Shown: one piece after another, positions 49,837 to 58,915 of the stretch
Layout of the letters: every line of letters starts with the position of its first letter
Numbering within the stretch: the first letter of the stretch is position 1
Origin: an uncultured Actinomycetes bacterium
GTDB taxonomy: Bacteria > Actinomycetota > Thermoleophilia > Solirubrobacterales > 70-9
Length of the DNA: 64,000 nucleotides
Assembly (NCBI GenBank): GCA_937908015.1
Contig: CALERC010000361.1
Location: 80-64,079, forward strand
Direction: 5' to 3'
Position numbers and translations under genes: made by a program
Notes under the pieces: model-generated
Databases searched by the model: none
What the model saw: only the letters and a program-made list of their open reading frames with translations
What the model was told of the DNA's origin: nothing

Positions 49837-50618
49837 GGCAGGTCGCCGTCGTAGGGAATCTCGCGCTCGGCCATCGCCCACAGCGCCCGCGCCGTCGGCC
49901 GGTCGGCCTCCTCCATCACGTGGCCGATCAGGCCGGCCGGGCGGGCGATCAGGGAGAAGCCGCGGAGGGCGTACCAGGGGTAGCCGACGTCGGAGAGGAC
50001 CGCGGCGACGGCGCCGGTGGCGTTGATCGTGATGTGCTTGCCCTTCGCCTCGTCGAGGGCGCGGCTGAGGGCGAGCAGGAGCTCCTGGTGGGCGCCGGCG
50101 GTGCCGCTTTCGCGCGCGATCTCGAAGAGGCGCGGCGCCCGCGGGTCGTCCGGACGGTGGATGTGATGGCCGAAGCCGGGCACCGGGGTGCGGTCGCGGG
50201 CGAAGCCGTCGGCCAGCTCGGCGGCGACCTCGTCGACCGCGCGGCCCGCCTCGATCTCGACCACCCCGGCCTGCAGGATCCGGGCCGCGTCCTCGGTCGA
50301 GCCGAGGAACTGGCTGCCGGCACCGAGCAGGCCGGCGGCGACCGCGCCCTGGATCGACTCGGGCGAGGAGTCGTAGATCAACCGCGCCGTGATCGAGCTG
50401 GGGGTGAGGCCGTGCTCCATCAGCGCCACCAGCACCGCGTTCACCACCGCCACCTCTCCGGGCTCGGGGAGGCGGCCGCCGTTCAGGTGCAGGCAGATCA
50501 TCGTGGTGAAGTCGATCTTCCCCATCAGGTCCTCGACCAGGTCGCGGCCGCGGACGACGATCTGGTCGGTGCTCGAGGTCGCGATCGCGGTCGCCGGGCT
50601 CTTCTTCTTCTCGCTCAA
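49833..50618 (-). CDS. Citryl-CoA lyase-like protein (short citrate-synthase-fold family)
   Basis: 261 aa with a TTG start and RBS GGAAGGAG. 'IVVRGRDLVEDLMGKIDFTTMICLHLNG', 'ALMEHGLTPSS', 'VPGFGHHIHRPDDPR', 'ARPAGLIGH'. Confidence 0.75.
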   Translation of the reverse strand: MSEKKKSPATAIATSSTDQIVVRGRDLVEDLMGKIDFTTMICLHLNGGRLPEPGEVAVVNAVLVALMEHGLTPSSITARLIYDSSPESIQGAVAAGLLGAGSQFLGSTEDAARILQAGVVEIEAGRAVDEVAAELADGFARDRTPVPGFGHHIHRPDDPRAPRLFEIARESGTAGAHQELLLALSRALDEAKGKHITINATGAVAAVLSDVGYPWYALRGFSLIARPAGLIGHVMEEADRPTARALWAMAEREIPYDGDLP

Positions 50619-50633
50619 GGTCTGCTCCTTCCG

Positions 50634-51791
50634 CTACCGCAGCGCCGAGACGCCCAGCAGCTCCTTGCCTATGTTGAGGATCTGCAGCTCCGAGGTGCCC
50701 TCCGGGATCGAAGCCTCGCGCACGTCGCGGTACATGCGCTCGATCTGCATCTCCTCCATCAGCCCCGCCCCGCCGCAGGCCTGGAGCGCGTTGGTGACCG
50801 CCGAATTGCAGGCCTCGGCGCAGAAGAGCTTCGCCATCGAACACTCCACCCGGCCCTGCCCGCCGGCGTCGAGGGTGGCCGCCGCGTGCAGGCCGAGCCG
50901 CCGCGCGGCTTCGATCTGGGTCGCCGCCTCGACGATCAGCCGCTGGACCAGTTGGAAGCCGGCCAGCGGCCTGCCGAACTGGCGCCGCTCCTTCACGTGG
51001 TCGGTGGCGATGGCGAGCGCAGCCTCGGCGATCCCGACGGCGCCCATCGCCATGTTCATGCGACCGACGTTGATCGCCCGCATCGCCACCCGCAGGCCTT
51101 CGCCCTCGGCCCCGATCAGGTTGGCGGCGGGGACCTCGACGTCGTCGAAGATCAGTTCGCAGTTGTTGGTGGCGCGCACCGACATGTGGCGCATCTCGAT
51201 CGCCTCGTACGGTGACTCGGCGGCGTCGACGAGGAAGGCGCTGATCCCCTTGCTGCCCCGCGCGGGGTCGGTGGAGGCGAGGACGACGCCGATGTCGTTG
51301 GAGGCGCCGTTGGTGATGTAGAGCTTGCGACCGTTGATCCGGTAGCTGTCGCCTTCGCGCACCGCGCGGGTCCGCATCGCGCCCGCGTCGCTGCCCGCCT
51401 CGGACTCGGTGATCGCGATCCAGGCGCGCGAGCTGACGTCGAGCAGGCGGCGCAGGAAGCGCTCCTTCTGATCCTCGTTGCAGGTCTGCGCCAGGACGTA
51501 GGGGACGATCGTCATCACGTTGACGGTCGTGCGCAGCGAGCCCCAGCAGCGGCCGGCCTCCTCCATCAGGACCGCCAGCGCGGTGAAGGAGATGCCGTCG
51601 CCGCCGTCGGCCGGATCGACCAGGCCGCCGACGTAGCCGAACTCGCGCAGCGCGGGCAGGATCTCCCAGGGGAAGGTATGGGTCGCCTCGTGCGGCTCGA
51701 CCAGGGGCGCGACGTGGCGGTCGAGGTAGCCGCGCACCGCGGCGCGCAGCTCGTTCAGCTCGAACTCGGACTCGATCTCGCCGGCGCTCAT
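50634..51791 (-). CDS. Acyl-CoA dehydrogenase
   Basis: 385 aa. 'ITESEAGSDAGAM', 'YITNG', 'RRQFGRPLAGFQLVQ', 'QACGGAGLMEE'. ATGA overlap with the upstream stop. Confidence 0.92.
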   Translation of the reverse strand: MSAGEIESEFELNELRAAVRGYLDRHVAPLVEPHEATHTFPWEILPALREFGYVGGLVDPADGGDGISFTALAVLMEEAGRCWGSLRTTVNVMTIVPYVLAQTCNEDQKERFLRRLLDVSSRAWIAITESEAGSDAGAMRTRAVREGDSYRINGRKLYITNGASNDIGVVLASTDPARGSKGISAFLVDAAESPYEAIEMRHMSVRATNNCELIFDDVEVPAANLIGAEGEGLRVAMRAINVGRMNMAMGAVGIAEAALAIATDHVKERRQFGRPLAGFQLVQRLIVEAATQIEAARRLGLHAAATLDAGGQGRVECSMAKLFCAEACNSAVTNALQACGGAGLMEEMQIERMYRDVREASIPEGTSELQILNIGKELLGVSALR

Positions 51792-52246
51792 GCAGGGGAC
51801 CTCCGCAGCAGTAGTGGGGTGACGATCAGCTGGACCGCGGTGCCGTCGACCTTGCGCAGGCGGCGCTCGACGATGGCGACGCCGCGGTCGCCGGACGAGG
51901 TCGGGCGCAGGTCGGCGACCGTCGCCTCGAGCTCGACCGTGTCGCCGAAGAAGATCGGCGCCTCGAACTTGGCCTGGACCCCGAGCATCGCGATCAGCGC
52001 GCGCTGCAGGGAGCGGGAGAGGTCGGTCTCGGTGAAGAGCCCGGAGGCGATCGCGGTGCCGAGCAGCCCGTGGGCGATGCGCCGGCCGAACGGCCCGGCG
52101 CCGGCGTGGGCCTCGTCGACGTGCAGCGGATTGCGGTCGCCGGAGAGCGCCGCGAAGGCGTTCACGTCGGCCTCGCCGATCGTCCGCCGCGGCGACACCT
52201 CGCTGACGCCGACCGTGAGGTCGTCGAAATAGCGATCGACCGGCAT
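51788..52246 (-). CDS. MaoC-family (R)-specific enoyl-CoA hydratase/dehydratase
   Basis: 152 aa from ATG 52246 (TGATG junction). 'FAALSGDRNPLHVDEAHA...FGRRIAHGLL' hot-dog hydratase motif. Confidence 0.88.
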   Translation of the reverse strand: MPVDRYFDDLTVGVSEVSPRRTIGEADVNAFAALSGDRNPLHVDEAHAGAGPFGRRIAHGLLGTAIASGLFTETDLSRSLQRALIAMLGVQAKFEAPIFFGDTVELEATVADLRPTSSGDRGVAIVERRLRKVDGTAVQLIVTPLLLRRSPA

Positions 52247-52995
52247 CAGCTGAAGCGACCGCCGCTGACGTGGAGGACGTCGCCGGTGAGGAAGGAGGCG
52301 CCGTCGGAGAAGAGGTAGGAGACCGCCGCGGCGATGTCGTCGGGCGCGCCGATTCGTCGGATCGAGTTGGCCTTCGCCGCCCGCTCGATGATCTCGGCCG
52401 ATTTCGGGTGGTTCAGCACCATCTCGGTTTCGGTCATCCCCGGGGCCACCGCGTTGACGGTGATCTCGTGGCGGCCGAGCTCCTTCGCCAGCGCCTTGGT
52501 CAGCCCGACCAGCCCCGCCTTCGCCGCCGAGTAGTTCGCCTGTCCCGGATTGCCGAGGTAGGCCCGCGAGGTGATGTTGACGATCCGGCCGTGGCCGGCC
52601 TCGATCATCGCCGGGGCCACCGCGCGACTGGTGTAGAAGGCGCCGCAGAGGACGACGTCGAGGACGAGGCGGAAGTCCTCGTCGCTCATCTCGGTCAGCC
52701 GTGCGTCGCGGAGGACGCCGGCGTTGTTGACCAATCCCAGGATCGGCGGACCGTCGGCATTGAGGCTCTCGACCAGCGCGTTCACCGCGTCGGGATCGAC
52801 GACGTCGAGCTGCGCCGCGGTGGCGAGGATGCCGATGCCCTCCAGCTCGGCCGCCGCGGCCTCGGCGGCCTCGCCGTCGAGGTCGGCCAACAGGACTGCC
52901 CATCCCCCGCGCCCGAGGCGGGCGGCGATCGCCTTGCCGATGCCGCGCGCGGCACCGGTGACCAGGACCGTCTTCTCGATCTCCCCAGTCGTCAT
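52246..52995 (-). CDS. SDR family oxidoreductase (FabG / 3-hydroxyacyl-CoA dehydrogenase-like)
   Basis: 249 aa. 'VLVTGAARGIGKA', 'NNAG', 'YSAAKAGLVGLT'. Confidence 0.92.
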   Translation of the reverse strand: MTTGEIEKTVLVTGAARGIGKAIAARLGRGGWAVLLADLDGEAAEAAAAELEGIGILATAAQLDVVDPDAVNALVESLNADGPPILGLVNNAGVLRDARLTEMSDEDFRLVLDVVLCGAFYTSRAVAPAMIEAGHGRIVNITSRAYLGNPGQANYSAAKAGLVGLTKALAKELGRHEITVNAVAPGMTETEMVLNHPKSAEIIERAAKANSIRRIGAPDDIAAAVSYLFSDGASFLTGDVLHVSGGRFS

Positions 52996-52999
52996 GCGC

Positions 53000-54106
53000 T
53001 CAGTGTACTGATCGTTCGGTACGGCGGTCGTACGGCCGCCGCTCTGTGACCGTCGGGTCGATCAGCGACTTGATCTGGGCGGAGCGCCCCTCGAGCAGCG
53101 GCAGCAGCGCCGCCTCGACCACGTCCTCGAGCGGGATCGCGGTCGGCGCCACGTCGGCCCAGCCCGCCTCGCGCGCCGCCAGCAGGTCGAGCGCTGACGG
53201 CAGGTCCTCGCGACAGACGTGGGCATGGGTTCCGAGCAGATCCAGCTCGCCGCGGGTGATCGCCATCAGGTCGAGCTCGAGCGGCTTCTTCTGGGTGCCG
53301 ACGAGGACCAGGCGGCCACCGCGGTCGAGCAGCGAGAACGCCGCCCGGAACCCGGGTTCGCTGCCGCTCGCCTCGAGCACCACGTCCCAGGGCGGGCGCT
53401 CGCCGAGCTGCTCCTCGATCGCCGCCCCCGGGCCTGCCTTCACCAGCTCGACGGCGCCGAGCGCCCGGGCCAGGTCGAGGCGCTCCTCGACCGTGTCGCA
53501 GGCCGTCACCTCGGCCCCGAGCTGCGAGGCTGCCCAGACGGCGAAGGCGCCGACGCCGCCGACGCCGATCGCCAGCACCCGCTCGCCCTCGCGCACGCCG
53601 GCCCGACGCACCGCGTGGCAGGCGATCGCCATCGGCTGGGCCAGCGCCGCGTCGTCACCGCCGACGCCGTGGTCGGCGGCGCGGACGCAGGTCGAGGCGG
53701 GGATCGCGACGTACTCGGCGAGGCCGCCATGGCGGAAGACCCCGGCGGTGCGGTAGTTGCGACAGAGGTTGGTGCGGCCCTGCAGGCAGCGGTCGCACTG
53801 CCCGCAGGAGATCCCGGCGCCGCTGGCGACCAGCTCGCCGGCCGCGAAGCCGGTGGCGGGGGCGGCCTCGACGACGACGCCCGCGAACTCGTGCCCGAGG
53901 ACCACCGGGAAGGTGCCGCTCTCGCGCGCCGGGATCGCGTCCTGGCCGGCGGCGAAGAGCGCCGCGTCGGAGCCGCAGACCCCCGCCCCGGTGACCTGCA
54001 GGAGCAGCTCGCCGGCCTCGATCTCCGGCACCGGGATCGCTTCCACCCGCAGGTCGCGGGGACCGTGCAGGACGGCCGCGCGCATCGTTCGATCGTCTGG
54101 GCTCAT
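53000..54106 (-). CDS. Zinc-dependent alcohol dehydrogenase (MDR, threonine/sorbitol DH-like)
   Basis: 368 aa. 'GAGVCGSDAALF', 'GHEFAGVV', structural-Zn 'CGQCDRCLQGRTNLC', 'AIGVGGVG'. ATGA overlap with the upstream stop. Confidence 0.9.
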   Translation of the reverse strand: MSPDDRTMRAAVLHGPRDLRVEAIPVPEIEAGELLLQVTGAGVCGSDAALFAAGQDAIPARESGTFPVVLGHEFAGVVVEAAPATGFAAGELVASGAGISCGQCDRCLQGRTNLCRNYRTAGVFRHGGLAEYVAIPASTCVRAADHGVGGDDAALAQPMAIACHAVRRAGVREGERVLAIGVGGVGAFAVWAASQLGAEVTACDTVEERLDLARALGAVELVKAGPGAAIEEQLGERPPWDVVLEASGSEPGFRAAFSLLDRGGRLVLVGTQKKPLELDLMAITRGELDLLGTHAHVCREDLPSALDLLAAREAGWADVAPTAIPLEDVVEAALLPLLEGRSAQIKSLIDPTVTERRPYDRRTERSVH

Positions 54107-55245
54107 TCACTCCACCTCCGGAGGTCGTCGTGCTCGTCGAGTGCGGGGGCCGGACGGCCGGGCGGGTCGACGGGCGTCCCCGAGAGTCGCAGCGGCGATC
54201 CCATCGTGCGGATCGGCGCGGCGATCCCCGGCTGCTCGGCGTCGACCACCATCCCGCGGGCGCCGACCTGCTCGGAGTCGAGCGCCTCGCGCAGCCCGAC
54301 CACCGCGTTCAGGCAGCAGTCGTGCTCGCGGCCGAAGGCCTCCCACTCGACGCAGCTGCGCCCGGCGAAGATCTCGGCGACCGCGGCGTGGGTGGGCGAG
54401 CCGGCCGCCTCGTAGCGCGAGCCGAGCAGGTCCTCCCTGCCGACGCCGCGGCACCAGGCGGCCCAGAACCGCTCCTCGAGCGCGCCGAGCGCGACCCAGC
54501 CGTCGCTCGCCCGGTAGGCCTGGTAACAGACGACGCCGCCGGAGAAGAGCGCCTCCTCGCGCGGCGGGACGGGCCACGGCCCGAGCGCGGCGCCGACCCC
54601 CATTCCGTAGGTGTAGAGGGCCGAATGGGCCAGCGAGACGTCGAGGAACTGGCCCTCGCCGCTGCTCGCGCGGGCGTTCAGCGCCGCCAGGATCGAGACC
54701 GCGGCGAGCAGCGCCCCCGCCGTGTCGGCGATCTGGATCGGGGCGACGGTCGGCGTCTCCGCCGCGGTGCCGGTCAGCGAGAGGAGGCCCATCGAGGCGA
54801 GGTAGTTGATGTCGTGGCCCGCCCGCGCGGCGAAGGGCCCGTCCTGCCCCCAGCCGGTCAGGGCGCAGTGGACGAGCCGCGGATTGGCCGCGCGCAGGAC
54901 CTCGTAGCCGACCCCGAGGCGGTCGAGGACACCCGGCCGGAAGGACTCGACCAGGACGTCGGCGGTCGCCGCCAGCTCGAGCAAGGCGGCCCGCCCGTCC
55001 CCGTCCTTCAGGTCGATCACCAGCGAGCGCTTGTTGCGGTTCATGGCGATGTAGCCGGCCGAGGAGCTGGTCGGCTCCGCGCTCTCGTAGTGGGGCTCGC
55101 GGGCGCGGGCGTAGTCGCCGCCGCCGGGCGCCTCGATCTTCAGCACCTCGGCGCCGAGGTCGGCCAGGGTCAGCGTGCAGAGCCCGCCCGGCAGCAACCG
55201 GGTCAGGTCGAGGACCTTGATCCCCTCCAGGGCGCTCCGCGTCAT
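54103..55245 (-). CDS. Family III CoA-transferase (CaiB/BaiF family)
   Basis: 380 aa, with RBS GGAGGGG. 'LEGIKVLDLTRLLPGGLCTLTLADLGAEVLKIE', 'GRPGVLDRLG'-like 'FRPGVLDRLGVGY', 'GHDINY'. Confidence 0.9.
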   Translation of the reverse strand: MTRSALEGIKVLDLTRLLPGGLCTLTLADLGAEVLKIEAPGGGDYARAREPHYESAEPTSSSAGYIAMNRNKRSLVIDLKDGDGRAALLELAATADVLVESFRPGVLDRLGVGYEVLRAANPRLVHCALTGWGQDGPFAARAGHDINYLASMGLLSLTGTAAETPTVAPIQIADTAGALLAAVSILAALNARASSGEGQFLDVSLAHSALYTYGMGVGAALGPWPVPPREEALFSGGVVCYQAYRASDGWVALGALEERFWAAWCRGVGREDLLGSRYEAAGSPTHAAVAEIFAGRSCVEWEAFGREHDCCLNAVVGLREALDSEQVGARGMVVDAEQPGIAAPIRTMGSPLRLSGTPVDPPGRPAPALDEHDDLRRWSE

Positions 55246-55276
55246 CGGGCCCCTCCGGCCCGCGCCGCGGCCGCGC

Positions 55277-55882
55277 TCAGCTCGCCGCCAGACCCTCCAG
55301 CAACATCTCGATGTGGCGATCGGCGACCTGCTCGGGGGTGAGGGCGCCGTCGGCGCTCACCCAGCGGGCAGTCGAGTTCAGCATGCCGAGGATCGCCCGC
55401 CGTTCGAGCTCGTCGACCGGCTTCATCCACCCCTCGGCGGCGCCCGCATCGAGCACCTCCGCCCAGATCTGCTCGTAGCGGTCGCGCGCCGCGACCACCG
55501 ACTGCCGGTGCTCCGGCGTCAGCGCCCTGGTCTCGGTGATGACCAGCGCCCAGGCGTCCTTGCGGGTCGCGTGCTCGCGCACCAGCGCCCGCGCCAGGGC
55601 CTCCAGGCGCGCCCGCGCATCGGGGTTCTCGGCGACGATCTCTTCGGCTTCCGCGATCATCCGGCGCAGCAGGCTCATGCTGATCTCGTAGAGGAGATCC
55701 TCCTTGCTGTCGATGTGGTGATAGAGCGCGCCGCGACCGAGGCCCACCGCCTGCGAGAGCTCCGTGATGCCGGTCCCGTGGTAGCCGTTGCGCGCGAACA
55801 GCTCCGTCCCGATGCGGAGGATGCGCTGCTGCGTCTTCTCTTCCCCGTCGGCCGGGGTGGCGGTGGGATCCAGGTTCTTCAA
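55277..55882 (-). CDS. TetR/AcrR family transcriptional regulator
   Basis: 201 aa with a TTG start. HTH 'RILRIGTELFARNGYHGTGITELSQAVGLGRGALYHHIDSKEDLL'. Confidence 0.9.
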   Translation of the reverse strand: MKNLDPTATPADGEEKTQQRILRIGTELFARNGYHGTGITELSQAVGLGRGALYHHIDSKEDLLYEISMSLLRRMIAEAEEIVAENPDARARLEALARALVREHATRKDAWALVITETRALTPEHRQSVVAARDRYEQIWAEVLDAGAAEGWMKPVDELERRAILGMLNSTARWVSADGALTPEQVADRHIEMLLEGLAAS

Positions 55883-55951
55883 GCGTGCCTTTCCAGGGGG
55901 TCGGCAGAGCCGCCCGCCCGATCATTCGCGAGGGTACCGACTGTTCGTTCT

Positions 55952-57004
55952 TCACGGCGCGGATCGGGCGTCCTGGTCGACCGGATCGAGGACGAGGCGT
56001 CCGTCGGCACCCCCGGCGGCGAGCCGGTCGAGCGCCTCGTTCACCGCAGCCAGCGGCAGCACGTCGGCGATCCGCGGCTTCACCTCGCCCGCGGCGACGG
56101 CGCCGAGCGCCGCCTGGGCGGCATCGAGGTCGGCGTTGCGCGAGCCGAGGATGCGGATGTTGTCGAGGACGAGGCGACCGGAGTCCATGCCGTAGGGACG
56201 GCCGGGGGCGTAGCCGCAGCAGACGATCCGGCCGCCCGCGCGAATCGCCCGCGCGGCGGCGTCGAAGCCCTCCGGCCGACCGGAGACCTCGAGCGCCAGG
56301 TCGACGCCGACGCCGGACCAGTCGAGCACCCGCTCGATCTCCTCCGGGGCTACCGCCAGCTCCGCCCCGGCGGCGAGCGCAGCGTCGAGCCGACCGCGGT
56401 CGACGTCGACCGCCGCCACCCGCGCCCCGGCGGCGACCGCCAGCTGGACCGCGTTGCCGCCGAGGCCGCCGACGCCGACGATCAGCGCCGCCTCGCCCGC
56501 GCGCAGCGATCCGGTCCGGTGGAGGGCGAACCACGGGGTCAGCACCGAGTCCATCGAGACCGCGGCCGCCGCGAAGGGGACCTCGTCGCCGATCGGCAGG
56601 ACGTGCGCGGCGGGCAGGCGGACGTATTCCGCCATGCCGCCGTCGCGGTCGAGCCCCAGTCGGGTCGCCTCGGCGCAGAGCACCGGCAGGCCGCGTTCGC
56701 ACTCCTCGCAGTGACCGCAGCTGTAGAGCAGGTAGCAGGCGGCGCGGGTGCCGGTCGGGTGCAGCTCGTCGCCGGCGACGACTTCGCCCGCGACCTCGTG
56801 GCCGGGGATGTGCGGCAGGCTCGGGGCGGGCTTCGTCTCCCCCGCGCGCAGCTTCAGGTCGGTCGCGCAGATGCCCGCTGCGCGGACCCGCAGCAGGATC
56901 TCTCCCGGGCCCGGCTCGGGGACCGGTACCTCGACCAGCTCGAGCGGCTCGCCGAAGCGGTGGATCCGCGCCGCCCGCATCCGTGCCGGGACCGCGGAGC
57001 TCAT
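55952..57004 (-). CDS. Zinc-dependent alcohol dehydrogenase (MDR)
   Basis: 350 aa from ATG 57004 (ATGA overlap). 'AAGICATDLKL', 'GHEVAGEV', 'CGHCEECERGLPVLC', 'IVGVGGLG'. The track ORF (642 aa) is over-extended. Confidence 0.9.
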   Translation of the reverse strand: MSSAVPARMRAARIHRFGEPLELVEVPVPEPGPGEILLRVRAAGICATDLKLRAGETKPAPSLPHIPGHEVAGEVVAGDELHPTGTRAACYLLYSCGHCEECERGLPVLCAEATRLGLDRDGGMAEYVRLPAAHVLPIGDEVPFAAAAVSMDSVLTPWFALHRTGSLRAGEAALIVGVGGLGGNAVQLAVAAGARVAAVDVDRGRLDAALAAGAELAVAPEEIERVLDWSGVGVDLALEVSGRPEGFDAAARAIRAGGRIVCCGYAPGRPYGMDSGRLVLDNIRILGSRNADLDAAQAALGAVAAGEVKPRIADVLPLAAVNEALDRLAAGGADGRLVLDPVDQDARSAP

Positions 57005-58398
57005 GCGCAGACGTCCGGGTCGCCGTGGCCGCTGCGCTCGCGCACCGCGTCGCGGGAGGCGGTGACCTTCGCCCGCAACGCCTCGAGGTCGCAGCCGAGC
57101 AGCTCGGCGCCCCACTTCAGCGGCCGGCCGGCGACGAAGACCGCGTTCACGTTGCGGCTGTCGGCGCCCAGCACCACGGTCGCTGCGGCGTTGTTCAGCG
57201 GCATCGTGTTGACGTCCTCGGCGCCGATCGCGATCAGGTCGGCCTGCTTGCCGGGCGTGAGCGTACCCGCCCGGTCCTCGACCCCGTTGCAGCGGGCGCC
57301 GCCGACCGTCGCCATCTCCAGCACCTGGCGCACCCGCACCGGCTCCGGCGCCCCGGCCTCGCCGCCGGCGAGGCGGCCGAAGGCCAGCATCCGCTGGATC
57401 GTCAGGATCGCCTGCATCTGGGCGAAGAAGTCGGTGCTGAGCGAGCACTCGACGTCGACGCTCAGCCCGGGGAGGATGCCGCGGTCGAGCGCCTCCTGCA
57501 GCGGCGGCACCGCGTCGTGGATGCCGAGCTGGGAGTCGGAGGTCGGACAGAGCGCCACCCGGGTGTCGGAGGCGGCGATCGCGTCCCAGGCGGCGGCGCC
57601 GACTTCGGTGCAGTGGATCAGCGTCAGGTCGGGACCGAGCAACCCCTGCTCGCCCAGCTCGGCGACCAGCTCGCCGGCCCGCGGGCCGAGCACCGCGTCG
57701 ACGACGATCCCGAGGCCGAGCTCGCGGGCGTACTCGAGCAGCCGCGGCGAGAGCGTTTTCGCCGGCTGGTCGATGTCGGGGTAGCCGAACGGCGCCAGCC
57801 GCAGGGTGAGCAGCCCGTCGTCGGCGCCGAAGCGGGTCTCGCGCAGGGTCGCCACGTTCTCCAGCCAGCGCTCGTCCCACTCGCCCTTCGACGGCGGTCC
57901 GGCACCGTGGACGCCGCGGATGCCGACCTCGGCGAAGGCCTCCACGGCCGCCTCCGAGTGGGCGAGGCTGCGGGCGTTGTGCATGAAGTCGAGCAGGCAG
58001 GTGACGCCGCTGTCGATCGCGCCCCAGGCGCTCAGCAGGCAGCCCGCGTAGACGTCCTCCGGCAGGTAGGCCGGGGCCAGCACCTCGTGCGCGTCGACCA
58101 TGTACTCCTCGATCCGCGCGTCCGACATCTGCCGGCGGAACTGGTTCTGCCAGCAGTGGCGGTGGGTGTCGACGAAGCCGGGGATGACGATGGACCCCGA
58201 CATGTCGACCCGCAGCACCGCTCCGTCATCGACCTCGGAGGCCAGGTCGGGACCGACGGCGGCGATCTGCTCGCCCTCGATCAGGAGGTCGCCGCGGGGG
58301 AGGTCCTCGACCGCGGGGTCCATCGTCAGCACGGTGGCGCCGGTGAGCAGGAGGCGGCGGCGCTCTTCGGCGCCCGCGGCGGTCAACCGGTCACGCAT
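57001..58398 (-). CDS. Amidohydrolase-superfamily protein (TRZ/ATZ / nucleobase-deaminase-like)
   Basis: 465 aa. 'VIPGFVDTHRHCWQ' metal-binding HxH, 'GVHGAG', 'LIHCTE', 'LSVD'. Confidence 0.85.
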   Translation of the reverse strand: MRDRLTAAGAEERRRLLLTGATVLTMDPAVEDLPRGDLLIEGEQIAAVGPDLASEVDDGAVLRVDMSGSIVIPGFVDTHRHCWQNQFRRQMSDARIEEYMVDAHEVLAPAYLPEDVYAGCLLSAWGAIDSGVTCLLDFMHNARSLAHSEAAVEAFAEVGIRGVHGAGPPSKGEWDERWLENVATLRETRFGADDGLLTLRLAPFGYPDIDQPAKTLSPRLLEYARELGLGIVVDAVLGPRAGELVAELGEQGLLGPDLTLIHCTEVGAAAWDAIAASDTRVALCPTSDSQLGIHDAVPPLQEALDRGILPGLSVDVECSLSTDFFAQMQAILTIQRMLAFGRLAGGEAGAPEPVRVRQVLEMATVGGARCNGVEDRAGTLTPGKQADLIAIGAEDVNTMPLNNAAATVVLGADSRNVNAVFVAGRPLKWGAELLGCDLEALRAKVTASRDAVRERSGHGDPDVCA

Positions 58399-58915
58399 CT
58401 TCGCCTCCCCCTCCGGCCGGGCCGAACTCGACGAGCAGGTGGGAGAGATCGACGTCGACCGCCGCGATCCCCGCTTCGGCAGCGAGCGGCGCGATCGTCT
58501 CCGCTGACGCCTCGCCGCGCTCGTGCAGGTCGCTGAGCGCCAGCATGTAGCGCTCGAACCGCGTGCCGGGCGTGGTCAGCTCGAGGAAGCGGGCGGGCTC
58601 CTCATACGGATTGAAGATCGAGTGCGGCAATCCGGCGGGGCGGTGGGCGTAGCCGCCCGGCCCGAGCACCTGGGCCTCCCCGTCGACCCAGGTGCCGATC
58701 CGGCCGCTGACCACGATCGTCACCTGGGCATCGGTGTCGTGGACGTGGGCGGGGACGATCGCCCCGGGCCGGAGCACCGAACCGGTGGTGCAGAGTGCGC
58801 CGTCGGTCCACTCGGCGCGGGCCTTGAGGAAGGTTTCCGGGGCGATCGCCAGCGGCACGACCCCCTGGTCGGCGGCGATCGAGATCAGGCCGTCGCCCGG
58901 CGCGCGCTCAGTCAC
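58391..58915 (-). CDS. Cupin domain protein
   Basis: 174 aa. 'GAIVPAHVHDTDAQVTIVVSGRIG...GGYAHRPAGLPHSIFN'. It overlaps both neighbours by 8 nt. Confidence 0.8.
   Translation of the reverse strand: MTERAPGDGLISIAADQGVVPLAIAPETFLKARAEWTDGALCTTGSVLRPGAIVPAHVHDTDAQVTIVVSGRIGTWVDGEAQVLGPGGYAHRPAGLPHSIFNPYEEPARFLELTTPGTRFERYMLALSDLHERGEASAETIAPLAAEAGIAAVDVDLSHLLVEFGPAGGGGEDA

Noticed and set aside
48187-50844. Over-long N-terminal extensions in the ORF track. Examples: 885-aa acyl-CoA ligase, 663-aa GMC, 594-aa permease, 503-aa GntR, 455-aa esterase, 442-aa aldolase, 642-aa ADH.
   Set aside because: The extensions read through the upstream gene in another frame and are low-complexity. In each case an internal ATG or GTG with an RBS, or a 4-nt ATGA/GTGA overlap to the upstream stop, gives a protein of normal family length.
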